From positions 1,440,001 to 1,504,000 of the forward strand of contig CBDBCZ010000017.1 in NCBI GenBank assembly GCA_965203295.1: 64,000 nt of DNA, given 5' to 3'. The translations under genes and the position numbers were made by a program. Of this stretch, positions 38,901-50,700 are shown piece after piece. The first letter of the stretch is position 1; each line of letters begins with the position of its first letter. The notes beneath the pieces were generated by a model. That model worked only from the letters and a program-made list of their open reading frames with translations, searched no databases and was not told the origin of the DNA. Source of the DNA: Nitrospirales bacterium. GTDB lineage: Bacteria; Nitrospirota; Nitrospiria; Nitrospirales; UBA8639.

Positions 38901-40272
38901 ATCCTATAATCACCACAAATTCCAGACCATAGTAATTTATGTACACACAAGATATGTAAAGGCGGCAGGCAAGCTTCAGCACACCCCAGTGTTTGCTTTT
39001 AACTAAGTTGTATTAGCTTCCTTCCAAAAAAGCTGCACGGTGGTAGAGCTGTATAGTACTGCCAGGAATCAGCAAAGGTTCCCTGATTTGAACGCTGATC
39101 ACCACTTTTTTCCTCTTCTTCTTTACGATTTAGCTTTTGCTCAACAGTAAAAGGTTATATGCCGTGACGTAGGGTAGACTTATATGCCCACGTAACGGTA
39201 CTTACATGCCCATGCACTAATTGAAAAACGGCATCTCTTAAGCTCAGAATGATTGAAACGGCATAACTGAGGGCTGTTGACTGAAGCAGACAATCCTTCC
39301 ACAGCGATAAAGATAAGCCAGCTGTACTGCAAAGGGTTGCATTAGCCATATGGCCTACCAGGGTAACTAAATTACTGATGCCTTTACCATAACAGCTTGT
39401 AAAGTTACACACCACCATGGTAATGTTTTCAGGTTACCTGTTAGTATAACAACATATAAGTATCTGACAGATCTATATGTACCTAGCTATGTAGGCATAC
39501 TTCATTTTGATTTAGTCTCGTGCCCAGATCGTCACTCCTCCCCCTCGCTGAAACAGAACAGCATGGGGGGGAAGGGGGTGGGGCGGCAATGGTTTGGAAA
39601 CACGTCTCAGCGATGGGGAGGAGAGACGGTCTGCAGGGTTCTGGCCACACTGGTTGGCATGTATAATAGGTAAATTCCGTAGGGAATTTAATTAATGTGT
39701 AGCGGAAACTCAAGCTACTAATGTCTTACTATCAAACCTTGTAGGGGAGTGGTCCAATAGCAGCGAACATAATAAAAATTATGAAAATACACACCACCCA
39801 TGCATACTTGAAGTTGTAAAAAAAGTCCAGATGATTGGTTTTCTCTGTGAAGGTCACATTTAATGAGCATAATTTGAGCATAATAGGGGCATTTGTTGAG
39901 TATAATAGAAGGAATTTTGGAGCAATGCAGCATAGCATAGGTTTCTTTTTGAGCATAATAGGCTCAGATATTATGTAATGGCTTTTAAGTACTTAATTAG
40001 GTTAGGCCAAAGTGTATCAGTTTACACAGTCAACTTTCATTTGCCTATTGCACTGGACTCTAGTCTCGCGTCGAGAGTCTGGTCACGCGAGACTAGCACT
40101 GGACAACTGTCAGCCAACTTGCCAACCTCTGTCATACACACGAGACAGGAGACGTCGACAAGCCCCGACTAACCTCTGCTTTCTCTAGCAGCTGCAGCTC
40201 CTCCTCGCTAGTAACATCTTCATCTTCGTCGAGGGTCTGCAGGGCTCGGGCACCCTCAGCATCTTCAGCCAT
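20977..40272 (-). CDS. ANO: Anoctamin / TMEM16 family protein, copy 1 (complete, 21 exons, ~1028 aa)
   Basis: Exons (minus): 40272-40174, 38755-38713, 38505-38321, 36906-36814, 36456-36302, 34974-34920, 34749-34627, 33635-33523, 32854-32714, 31856-31751, 31167-31107, 30640-30558, 28906-28730 (GC donor), 27970-27763, 27289-27178, 26751-26599, 24363-24245, 23711-23559, 23342-22739, 22120-22030, 21189-20977; sum 3087 nt. Anoctamin motifs: [76 protein letters not shown]. Confidence 0.95.
21386..21791. mobile_element. hAT-type MITE with perfect 8-bp TSD
   Basis: TIRs tagggacacgcacattattc / gaataatgtgcctgtcccta; TSD cacgtcac at 21378-21385 and 21792-21799. Confidence 0.85.
23993..24172. mobile_element. 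Short TIR element (related copy ~61388-61551)
   Basis: Termini aatagagccctttacc / ggtgaagggtctatt; the body catgtaaa(a)tttaaacatgaaa.cacaaaaac is shared with 61.4-61.5 kb. Confidence 0.6.
24450..24881. mobile_element. TIR MITE (TAGG termini, attattc-rich; related element ~56516-56972)
   Basis: Perfect inverted termini taggcttgagataattatgct / agcataattatctcaagccta. Confidence 0.8.
25159..25959 (-). mobile_element. hAT deletion derivative with ZNF862/TTF-type zinc-finger transposase remnant
   Basis: TIRs cagtgtgcattata / tataatgcacattg. The minus-strand remnant [10 protein letters not shown]...[15 protein letters not shown] is disrupted. An inverted fragment of the same family is at ~32950-33095. 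Confidence 0.65.
27418..27605 (+). mobile_element. ~180-bp hairpin element, copy 4 of 4
   Basis: Perfect 26-bp inverted repeat at 27514-27539 / 27574-27599 with an inner ggcttcgcc hairpin. Confidence 0.85.
28257..28489. mobile_element. piggyBac-like MITE (TTAA TSD)
   Basis: ttaa-ctcattgc ... gcaatgag-ttaa. Confidence 0.65.
28535..28710. repeat. 22-bp tandem repeat x8
   Basis: Unit gcctgggaatgagactacactg, 8 near-identical copies with no spacers. Confidence 0.95.
29206..29955. mobile_element. ~750-bp insertion specific to anoctamin copy 1 intron 12
   Basis: Both flanks align to the copy 2 intron around 48260-48350, which lacks this segment. Internal repeats gaacacgtgcc(t)tgccccc occur three times, and it ends in ...ggccttgctacgctcggcaa. 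Confidence 0.7.
31258..31743. mobile_element. Degenerate CCGTA-terminus MITE
   Basis: Right end tctattcgcaaaaatacgg-ta, repeated gcggctactaat(t)cgaggg motifs, and a decayed left end. Confidence 0.6.
34203..34582. repeat. Tandem duplication of ~190 bp (2 copies)
   Basis: acaccctgaaagtgcacaaa...agattccatgttattgtttg occurs at ~34204 and ~34396. Confidence 0.8.
35021..35543 (+). mobile_element. Non-autonomous element with 3' GC hairpin (Helitron/Helentron-like)
   Basis: Ends gacagacggacaaaaccgattactaaaccccgcttgcgcatacacgcgcggggtaa (ccccgc / gcgggg stem). It is absent from the matching copy 2 intron. The class assignment is inference. Confidence 0.5.
35763..36255. mobile_element. CCGTA-terminus MITE, TA TSD
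   Basis: ta-ccgtaaactacgt ... acgtagtttacgg-ta; internal gggtgggcggata repeats. Confidence 0.8.
37005..37195. repeat. Long imperfect inverted repeat made of two head-to-head copies of a dispersed element (third copy ~62644-62730)
   Basis: Arms: catcgcgaatttttt...tttcagcagaagttcttaattgccgacatttcga and tcgaaacgtcagcaattaaggagcttctgctgaaa...aaaaaactttgcgatg. Confidence 0.8.
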
Positions 40273-41721
40273 GGCGGCCAGTCGCGTCGGTGAATCCTGT
40301 GATCGAGCCGACCGGTACCCTATGCGTAATACGCTGCGGTCACGCGCGCACGTGATCGATCTAACCCTGAAGCTGGAAGGAAGCCTCATAGGTGTTCCAC
40401 AAATTCTATGGAACCCAGGGTGTCACCATCATCGAACATATGTCATGTTTGGACATTCCACAGGTGTAGCTAAGTAAACAGTCTGAAAGGCTTATCCAAT
40501 TTCACTGACAGCTAGCTGCTGGGCAGTCATTATTATAGCTATGTGCTCTATATAGCTAATTTGGCAATGGTGATCACTGATCATGTTGGAGTGAACCTGA
40601 CTAGAAACTGGGGACTGCATGGGATTGAGGACAAGACTTAGCTGTAACCATCAGCTCCCTCAAAGAGCAGAGCAAAAGGCTATGTTTACTTCCCTCCTAA
40701 TACTTTTCTCTTTCAATCTCAACCTCGTATGGCTGTTCATTCCTCTCATCCATATAATCTGCTGGTCCCTTTTGCTCGTACTTCCGCTCTTTTGCATTTA
40801 TTTGTGCCCAGCTCCTCTTCACTTTGGAACTCTCTCCCTCACGCTATCAAAGACTGCTCTTCTCTTTCAACCTTTCTATAAATTTTACTCCTTTATAATT
40901 TATTTCTGCTGCTTTCCAATTCCTATTAATTTTGTGTTACCCTATTCTGCATATTTGTTATGGTTGCTCTTTATATTAGCTTTATTGTGCTATTGAGCTT
41001 CCTTTTTGATATATAAAAAAAAACAGTCCCACGGACCATTCTGAAGTGTGTGGTCTCAGGAGGTGCACGAATAAGCAGTTGCCATGGCAGGAAATGCACT
41101 CAGTAAAAACTACTGTATATTGAATCATTATCAGGCTTGGATACCGCTTGTTTATTACTGTATGAGTGCCCATTAAGCTTGCATGAGTGCCCAAGCTTGT
41201 GAAGGCCCGGGCACAAGCCTAACAAATTAGCTATGTTACATGTGCATTCATTGATTATGAACCATGAAGTGATAGCTATAGCTAGCAGCTAAGAGTGTGT
41301 AAAATACATTGATCGATGGGTGATAAACACTTCACTGATACAGTAGTGAATTAACTAGCCATTCAGCACTCTCACTCTGTGACCGTTCATGCATCATTGA
41401 AAGATTCTATGAAGACGACCAATTGTATGTGTACATTATTAAAAATCATGGACTGGAGGCTATCCAACAAGTAGCTACAAAATTGTCTCTCTCAAGGCTA
41501 ACTAGCCATGTACAATGGCACACACTATGTTGCTGCCATGGTGTATATACTATCATGGAAGACGACGTACCCCCACCACAGATGCAAAATTCTCATTTCT
41601 GTCACAACGTACTAAAGTCAAATTCTTCTTTAGTCAGTTCAAATTTTGACTAATGAAGTTATTTACCAAAGATGCAATTTCATAACCATTTCATATTATA
41701 TATAATGAAGAGTTTTATAGT

Positions 41722-44700
41722 TCAGAGATGGCCACGACCTTCGTTGTCATCTCCACACTCTTTTTTGGGAGGTGTGGGACTCCGGCTTCGTGCCTGAGTG
41801 TAGAGTGCTTCATTGGCGAGATGCATCTCACGCTTGATTTGATTCAGCACACCTTTTGGTACATCAGGCACTAGCCAGTTTAAGAACGAGGACACACTAC
41901 GAATGAAAACCTGTATAGGTATAGAAAGTCATTGTGCAAAATAGCTATCTGGAAATTATAATACAAGTTGCTCATGCCTAAGGTGAATGGAACATCTGCC
42001 GCTCATTGACAACCAGCAAATGACTGGATGTTCATATTATTGTATGTGCAGACACAGTAGCTATGGTATTGTCTACTCAACAAATAATATCCATGCACTC
42101 CTTGAGATCTTCCACACGGAATTAATTCATAGCAACATAAAGTGTGTGTTGAATCATCATTCTCAATGTTGGGTGCAATTATTTGTGCATGGGTGTATGG
42201 GTGTTAAATCTGATATATCCTTAGCAAAATACCTCAAATAAGAGCACAAAGGCTAATCTTGCTGCCCATATCTGCCAGAACACCAGTGGGTGAGATCCAT
42301 CCACACTCACGTGTCCTCGGAACCTGAACAAAGCCACACAACCACTAATAAGGGATTCATCGTTTATACTAAGTTTAATACACTCCCAAGTGTAAAGATT
42401 TTTGGGAAATGTAATTATTAATTAAATAAATAATTCACAGCGACACTCGTGGCCTCTACAGATGAACCAACCTTCTTTTAGGGTGTATAAAAAAGTACAA
42501 TTCAGGTAGGTTAGTAATACAACAATGAATTTTACTGTTGGGTCAGTGAATAAAATGATTGCTGCAGCATTATAGATTTGGTCAGAATCTCAGGTTAGGA
42601 CCTTACCAATTTGTGGCAGACTATACACGTATTTATATAGCACTCAAAACTGTTCTATTACATACTACACTACATACGTGCTTTGCACATGTGAAGGCTG
42701 AAGCATAATTATCATCCATGATTATGATATCTATGTTTTTTAGTATATAGCTACTTACTGACAAGTGATATTCAAGTTGGCACAAGGTCCTGTAGGTTTC
42801 CTAGGTGACCAGTCCACTTGAGCATCAAAGACGAGTTGTTTAAATTGTCCGGTCTCAATACCATTGTCTGAACAGCCACCACCCCCATAAAAACAGGCAT
42901 ATTGTGCATTTGTGAAACCAACGTTGGTCCTGCCAGTTAGTGGATCAGAGTAGGTGCTGAATAACGCAGCAGAAGTGCTTATTTTGTTTGTTACAGCATC
43001 ATACAAGCATTCAAAGTCAATGAATGGTAGGTAGAGAATCGGTTCCCCATTTTTATTTGTTATTTTATTCCCCCTGTCATCATACATCACAAGTGCATGT
43101 GCAGAGTAGGCAGGAAAGGCTTGCCCATCAAGAAGAGCACTGAGAGGAAAGGGGCTCACAGACCATTGAATATAGCCGGAGAGGTCATGGGTCCTTGTGG
43201 CATTTCCAAATGCTGTATTTTCGATGCTGTTCTTGTACTGATCACTATACCCACCATGAATGTATACTTCAAATGGAATAAACTGCGTGGTGACTGCAAT
43301 TAGGAGTCCATTTGTCAGCACAGCAATTGAAGAAACAACATTCAAAATCGTAAACCATGCACCTGAGGGAAAAAAATGTTCCTTAAACACTATACATAGT
43401 TTCAGAATGCTCAGCAAAACCCGGCAAATCCTACAATTCTTGATTTTGCATTTATGGTGCCCAGGCTACAATACATACTAAGGTGGTTGTACTACTTCCA
43501 TTATGGTGCTGTAAGGCTAAATTCTAATATTCCAATAAATAATTATTGGTAAGTCAGTATATTATACAAACACATTGCTTTACGTAAATATAGATGATGC
43601 TGTTGCAGCAAACGATGCCTTTTTACATAGTTTTCTAGCTTCTCACCTCTTTCCACTCTCCATTTATCAGAGGTAAGGTGGCTATATAGCTCAGTAATGT
43701 TAGATACTGAACATGTACACAGTACTTAATATATGTGAACATTAGGAGACCCCATAGTAACATCAAAATGTTGTGAAATAAATTATGATGATTGGTAATC
43801 AGTTGAGCTGTATCTCGGGAAACAAGCGGCTGATCACTAACATATTTCGATGATCACTCCAATGATTAGATACAAAACTGACCCCTAATGGGTATTCACT
43901 CAGTGGGCCGACCGCAAATATGTACACATTTGCACAAGTAGCTAGAAGCTATAGGACAATGTATGCTACGCTATCAGTACTGACATATAAACATTCTGAT
44001 TTCATAATTTTCATGGCACATGTACATGCGTAACATATTACGTCCCAATAGCTAGTAACTCATAAAAACACAGAGATCCAAAAAATGACAAATATGAAGA
44101 ACACATCATCTTACCAATATCCTGCACTCGGACAGCAACTGGCCGCCGAAGCACAGTCACAAACATTTGAGCATCACGCCTGATCTCAACAATGTTACCG
44201 ATAAGGGCAAAGAGTGGGGCCAGAGGGAGTGCAGCCACAAAGATTGTCACAAAACCGTACTGAATAACTAGAGGAGGAAAGGAAACATATGTTTGTGAGG
44301 TTAGCTACTACACACACTGAGGCCAAGCACCAGGTGTTCTAAGGGTATTCAGGTTCATTATATACGTATTTATAATAATAGAATATAATGAAGCTGTATT
44401 TGTACCTAGCTCAAGAAACTCATGAAAGAGTGCTTGTTTGGGGTGTGCGCTTAGCTCTTTGTCAGTGCATTCCTCTTCTGAGTGATTCTTCCGATTGATG
44501 TGTTTCCATAGCCACATGGTAGATCTGCAATGCCATGTACAAGATTAATGGGTATAGTATACCCATTAATACAGTGATGGTGGAGCTGCCAGTTTTAGCT
44601 AGCGAATAAATTTAAGCTTATATCCAGATGGTATGTGCATCATGCCATGTAGCTGTGCACTGTAGATACAATTCTAATACGTAGTATATAAATTAGACAA

Positions 44701-47700
44701 ACAAGTGAATTCCTTGTCATTCTAATTTCCTGCCAGCCTCAATCCTGCACTTGCAAGTTGGGAATCAGTCCAACATATCACACCAAAGCATTAATGCATT
44801 ATGCGTGGCCTGTGAGATTATTATATTATTTCTGTCTATTTGTGAGACTCCATGTGCACGTGGATATTTACTACAGGCATAACAGCTATTTGTGCTATAC
44901 TGTGAGTGTGGTTCAAAAGTGTAAAAGTAGCAGTCTGTAAGTCTAACTGCCAATTACATATAATTAGAGCACCTTCTAACAATCTAGCCTCGTTCCCAGG
45001 CCTCCGCACAGCTTTTGTCGCTTGCAGGAACGAGGCTACTAACAATCATAATTGGCAGTTATAGAGTTGTCATACATTATGCAAAAGATGTAGAGAATAG
45101 CTATATACATGCTGTCCAGGGCTAATGACTGAAGAGTTTTTTGCTTTTCTCCAATTGTTCTATGCATCATTGAAAAAAGGTTACTTCAACAATGAAGGAC
45201 AAATAGTACACATTACGTGTATCATATAAAACCTGTGAATAGGTGGGAAATTGATTATGCATGGTCTCAAACTATACCACTTCTCAATAGGCACAAAGTC
45301 TAGCTCTCACATACCACAACGTCAACATACTTACGGTACACTCCACTCCTGACAGTTGTTTCTAATCGCTTTGCCCAGTAATATAATAGCCAATTGGATT
45401 GTTAGCTCCAAGAGGCAGCCATATGTGGGACACTCAAGTAGCCGCACGTCTCCATATCGGCTATACCCTCCAGGATAGCCGATGAACCTGAATAATGTGC
45501 ACATAGTACATAGGTTCACCATTACCATGTCATGTAGTATGGTAGAACTCCATACATGAATGTCATGTAGTATGTAGTGTTGTTTTAGTTAACTGAAACT
45601 AAAAACAAAAAGTGTTTTAGTTGGAGCAAAAACAGATTTAGTTAACTAACTAAAACTAAAACTTCAAGGGCACTGGCCTCTGGGAATAAACTATAACTAA
45701 GCTAATATTTTTTTCGCCAAAATCAACACGTTTATATACATGGTTAACTAATACTAAAAGTGTTTAGTTGACTAACTAAAACTAAAATTATACTTTGTTC
45801 TTTATTAACTTTTTTACTAAAACTAAATCTAATTATGTAAAGCCATACTAAAACAACACTAGCCTAGTATGGTAGAACTCCGTACATAAATGTAGGGTGG
45901 AATGCATGAAAAAATGTATGGTTTCCGCACGTAACATGTTCATAGCTCTGATCATGATCCAGATGAAGTCATAGGCTTTTTTTTTTAATGAGCCTTCTCA
46001 GTGTATTAACAAGACTGATAGTGTAACTGAAGAGCATCGCTAAAGTGATATTGGAAAGTTGCCAGCCGGCAAATTGACCATCTTTGTAGGAGAGTTACAA
46101 CAGCCCAGTAACAGCTTGTACAGCAAAAGGACCTACCAGAAGACTGTGAAAAGGTACTCGGTATGTTATGAGTGCCAGTGTAGCTATACCTACTAATAAG
46201 AAGTCTAGACTATTATAGCTAGGTTATCTGCCAATAAATACGCATGATGAATCCTTGTGTATATACCACGCTAGCCATCATAGCAGTTTGCTATTATCAC
46301 TAAAGCAAGTTTCTGCTAATCTCTCTGCGTGGTGCTGCATTCTTAACCGCGTCCTAAACTACCCCATGTAATTGGTGCTGCAAAATGCACCATTTTCAAA
46401 CACATTTACTGCATGGGCTTCATATGCTCCCAAACATACGGTACTCCAGTGCAATGCCATAAAGAACTTGAAATTAGACACTTACTTTCCCTTGTAGAAG
46501 GCAATATAGAAGATGGAAGTATAGTAGTTGACACTCTCAAAGATATACATCTTGGTGATAAAACTATCATCATAGTCACTTTGAGTGCGATGAAGCTCTG
46601 GGTAAAAAAAATGAAAAAAAAACCTGATGCTATTTTTAATTGAGGAAAGACAGGTGCACACTTAAAATCCTAACTCTTTTGCTCTTTAGGTGTATATACC
46701 CAACACTTACCCCAGTCATTCAGTGATCTTGCAAGGTATTCATACACTTTGTTCAGGACTTCAATGGCAAACACTTGGAGGGCAGCCCCAGTGGTTGAAA
46801 CGACAATGTCCACAATGGTGGGCCTGTTTTCATCACCAGCATGAAGGTGGTAGAGCCACCCACTGATAGCAAGGCGATAGATGAACACAGCCATGAAAGC
46901 ACCAAAGACAACTCCAGCCTGTGTGTCAAGGGTAATTGCATGAGCAATAGGCAAGGTAATTGCATGAGCGAAGCGGGTGCAATTTTTCCTATTGCAAATG
47001 CAATTATTCCCAAATAGCACGAGAATACATGTGATTCCATGTTAATCATATATCATCACAGCTCCTATAGCTATAGCCTTTGTTGAACTAAAAAAGACTT
47101 AGTGTGTGATTACAGAAAGTGTGCAATTATGGAAATAATCGCACTCTTGTCTATAGGGGTAAATGTACTGTTACAAATATACCATGTGATTAATAGAGGA
47201 ATAACCAGCTCTCCTTTCATAGTCGGTTATCAAGCACCAATTTTAGTGACAATCAAGTTTCCACATAGAGTGTACGTATTTCCATGCAGTTCATGACAAT
47301 TCAACTAGCACGATTTGGCATCAAAATTTATACTATAGTTTAGTGAGCCTTGTTCTCCATTAAGATAGAGCCTGAGGCATGGTTGTGCTGATCTTCCTTC
47401 ACTATTCTTAGAGACACTGCATGTTTCTGAAGTACACAGCACTTAATTACTAGTACATGTATATAGGCTGCATGGCCCTGTTAAAAAGAGCCACCATCTC
47501 TTTCATCTGTCAATTAGAGGGAGGGAAAAAGAATGAGATCCAAGTGAGAATGGAACTCCAAGACTTCCTAAATAACTAGGATATGTATCACCTCTCTTGC
47601 TCACACTTAATGAGTAAGATTAGAAATTATCATGTGAAAATAGAAAGCGTTAAATATATAATGCTAACTTTGTCAGTTACTGGATTCAAGTTGTCGTTTT

Positions 47701-50700
47701 TTCCTGGAAAATTAATCTTTTTCTCCAATTGCATGGCAAATTTAGCATTCACTACTGTGTGTCACCTCCCTTGCCACACTCATTCTATGAGATCCAGGAA
47801 ATACGGCTACATTGAAAACTTGCCATAGTGAATAGGACGGAAAATGAGAAGACCACTTTAGGATAGAACCAGTAAGCCGGTTGGATGTATTGCATTTCCT
47901 TTAGAACCGCATTAACGATGAAAAATTTCCTGCGATCCTTTGGCTTTGAATTTCTAATGTGTTGCTTGATGATATGAACAAATTCAGGTCGGGCGCGCTC
48001 CTAAACAATCAGAGAGAAGAGGGAAGAGGCTCAAAATGTGATTGTAAGATGTGGCAACTATTGATACAACTACGCATATCATATGAGCCCTGCCCCTAAT
48101 GGAAGTTCAGAGATATACCACTTTGAGTGCAGTGACACGATTGAAATACACATAGGAGTAATATTTGATGGGACTACCACATGTGACTCTCAGAAACACT
48201 TGCTACTCAATTTTGATAACCTGGCATGCATTTCAGATGTGTGGTGATATTCCCAAAATGGTGGAGGTATGTATATACTTACTACTAGCCTTGTTCTACT
48301 CAAATGTGGCCTGGGTACGAGGCTAACTTACTACTGGCAGGAAAATCCATGTTTTAGAGAAAGAGGGATCTGCAGTCTTCTAGTGTGTTTTTAAATGCTT
48401 ACACTATGTCATTCATCAATTTATCACACATACCTCAAACATCAGTTGGTTTTAGCTAGCTATGGCACTCCAAGCTGCTCTAAAGTCAACAGTCCATTGT
48501 ATGGTTGCTAGCCTCATGCCCAGGCCTGGCTCATTGCGTTGAGCCTGGGCACGAGGCCATATGGTTGCTTACCACATGACTTAGAGTACTGGAACAGCTT
48601 GTACTGTGGGACTTGTAATAAAATATCAGTCGCGCGTAACAATTAGGCAACCCCACTGACTTCTGCACATTCATGAAATGGAATATATTCATACCTCAGC
48701 AGCTTTGTAATTCAGCACATCCCAGTCATACTGCAAGTGAAATTGACGCCGTTTCCAGAACTCCAAAAACAGTACAGCTGCAAAAGACATGTTATGTACG
48801 TTCATCTGTTATTGTATACGTGTCATAGAAACTTTACAAAACGTAAATGGTGCTTGGTAGTTTCACATCTCAAAAGGGTGCTTTAGCTGGAGTACTAAGC
48901 TATAGGTCTCAGAGATAGCCCACTCACCCCAGAACGCCATGAAAATGGCAAAGAACACTGTTCCTCCATTGTCAAAGAGTAACATCAACTGCAATTGTGC
49001 ACAGAAGATCCCATCAATGTCACTTGTCATACCACACTAATTCTCACTGGAACAAGCTGAACATGTGTGCCCCTCTCCAAGAGCATGTTTTGTGCATGTG
49101 TCATAACAGCATACCACATTATAGCATACATACGTACCAGTCTATTCGGTAGGTAGCTATGGAGACCATTTGAATGCCAGCTAGATTGCAATTGGAAAGT
49201 TCAGCTGCTAATCAAGGTAGAACATAAACGCAGGCATGGGTGTGAGCTCATACTTACTTTGGCAGCTGAGCAAGTATCTCTGAGCCACCAGAAATCACAT
49301 TGTTCATCACACAGAGGGCACATGTAGTAATCAGTCCGGTTTTCCTCCCTGCAAATATCAGCACTGCAATGGAAAATAGACATTGTACAAATGATGCACA
49401 TGCATGTATGTATGTATGTATATATGCAACCTGCTAACACCTTGGAAGCACATGCACAATGAAACAGTCGAATCAGAACTATTGCTGTACTATATTTGGT
49501 TGCTTTCATGTTTGTTTAGGATGTAACAGCCTGTTAAGCTGCAGTTTACTTGGCCTGAACTGTTACTGAGCTGAGCCCTGCGAGTTTCACTTAAAACTTT
49601 CCTGCTTGCAAGGTTTAATATGTTTCTCAAACTTTGAACTCTTGTACTGACATTGCACTAGCAATGACAGGTGTGTATTTCACAAAAAGGTTCTCATTCA
49701 CTTTGCACATGAACTGATTGACTATATTAATTAAATACAAGTCATAGACGAGATTCCAACTTACGCCACAGCATTGTTGCCGAGGGCCAGAGTTGAAAGG
49801 CCGTAGAAGAAAACGATGAGTCCAACAAAGGACGCTGGAATCAGCCAGGTAGTGTAGAATCCAAGACAGGCAAAGTACATTGCCAGCTGCTCTCCAAAGT
49901 ACCTCCTGCATGCATACAATTAGATAAACATTGTATGCATACCACCTTTCAGCAGCAGCGTGTATAGATTTATGTGCAAACTATACTATACACCATCAGA
50001 ATATCCCAATTTTACAAGAATGTGATATCCTCGAATCAGACAGTCATTTTTTGAACTGTATTTGTTAAGCTATTTTCTTAGTTAAATACCTCCACCAGAA
50101 AATGCTATAGCCACACACCTGATATTATCCAATGGCTGAGCTTTGTACCAGTTCTTCCATTGGGCCCAGCGGTAGTAGAGCAACTGACGGTCAGTCTCAA
50201 TCCTCTCTCCCTCCTTAACCTTATAGGGCCCCTGTATAAAGCAAAGGAAAGAAGAAAATAGCACAAAGTGTGAGTCAAAACATTAAAGATTATTGGATAT
50301 TACGTACAGCATTATTTGAGTTCAAAACAGCTGTATCTAGGCAGCATTCTGGATATTAAGAAACGCTTTTGGACAATGTATTTGTGTAACCTGTCTAGAA
50401 ATATGAGTGCGAGGACTCCATGTGCATAGAAAATGACTGGCCTCACCTCAAAAGTGCACCACTTTTGTCTCTTTACTGGACCATTTTGACTCATGTTAGT
50501 GATTTCGTGGTTGTTGCAAGTACGACTATGCATTTTATGAATGAATAACTGCAAATTTTGTGCGACTCCGGCTTGGTAAATGGTTTGAAGTAGCTGCTAA
50601 TAGGAGCAGAAAGAACTGAGGAGTCGCAAAATCATCAGACTGTTCGACAGGCCGGGGGTAAGCATAGGTCTGGAAGTGAGACTACACTCCACTCAGGAGT

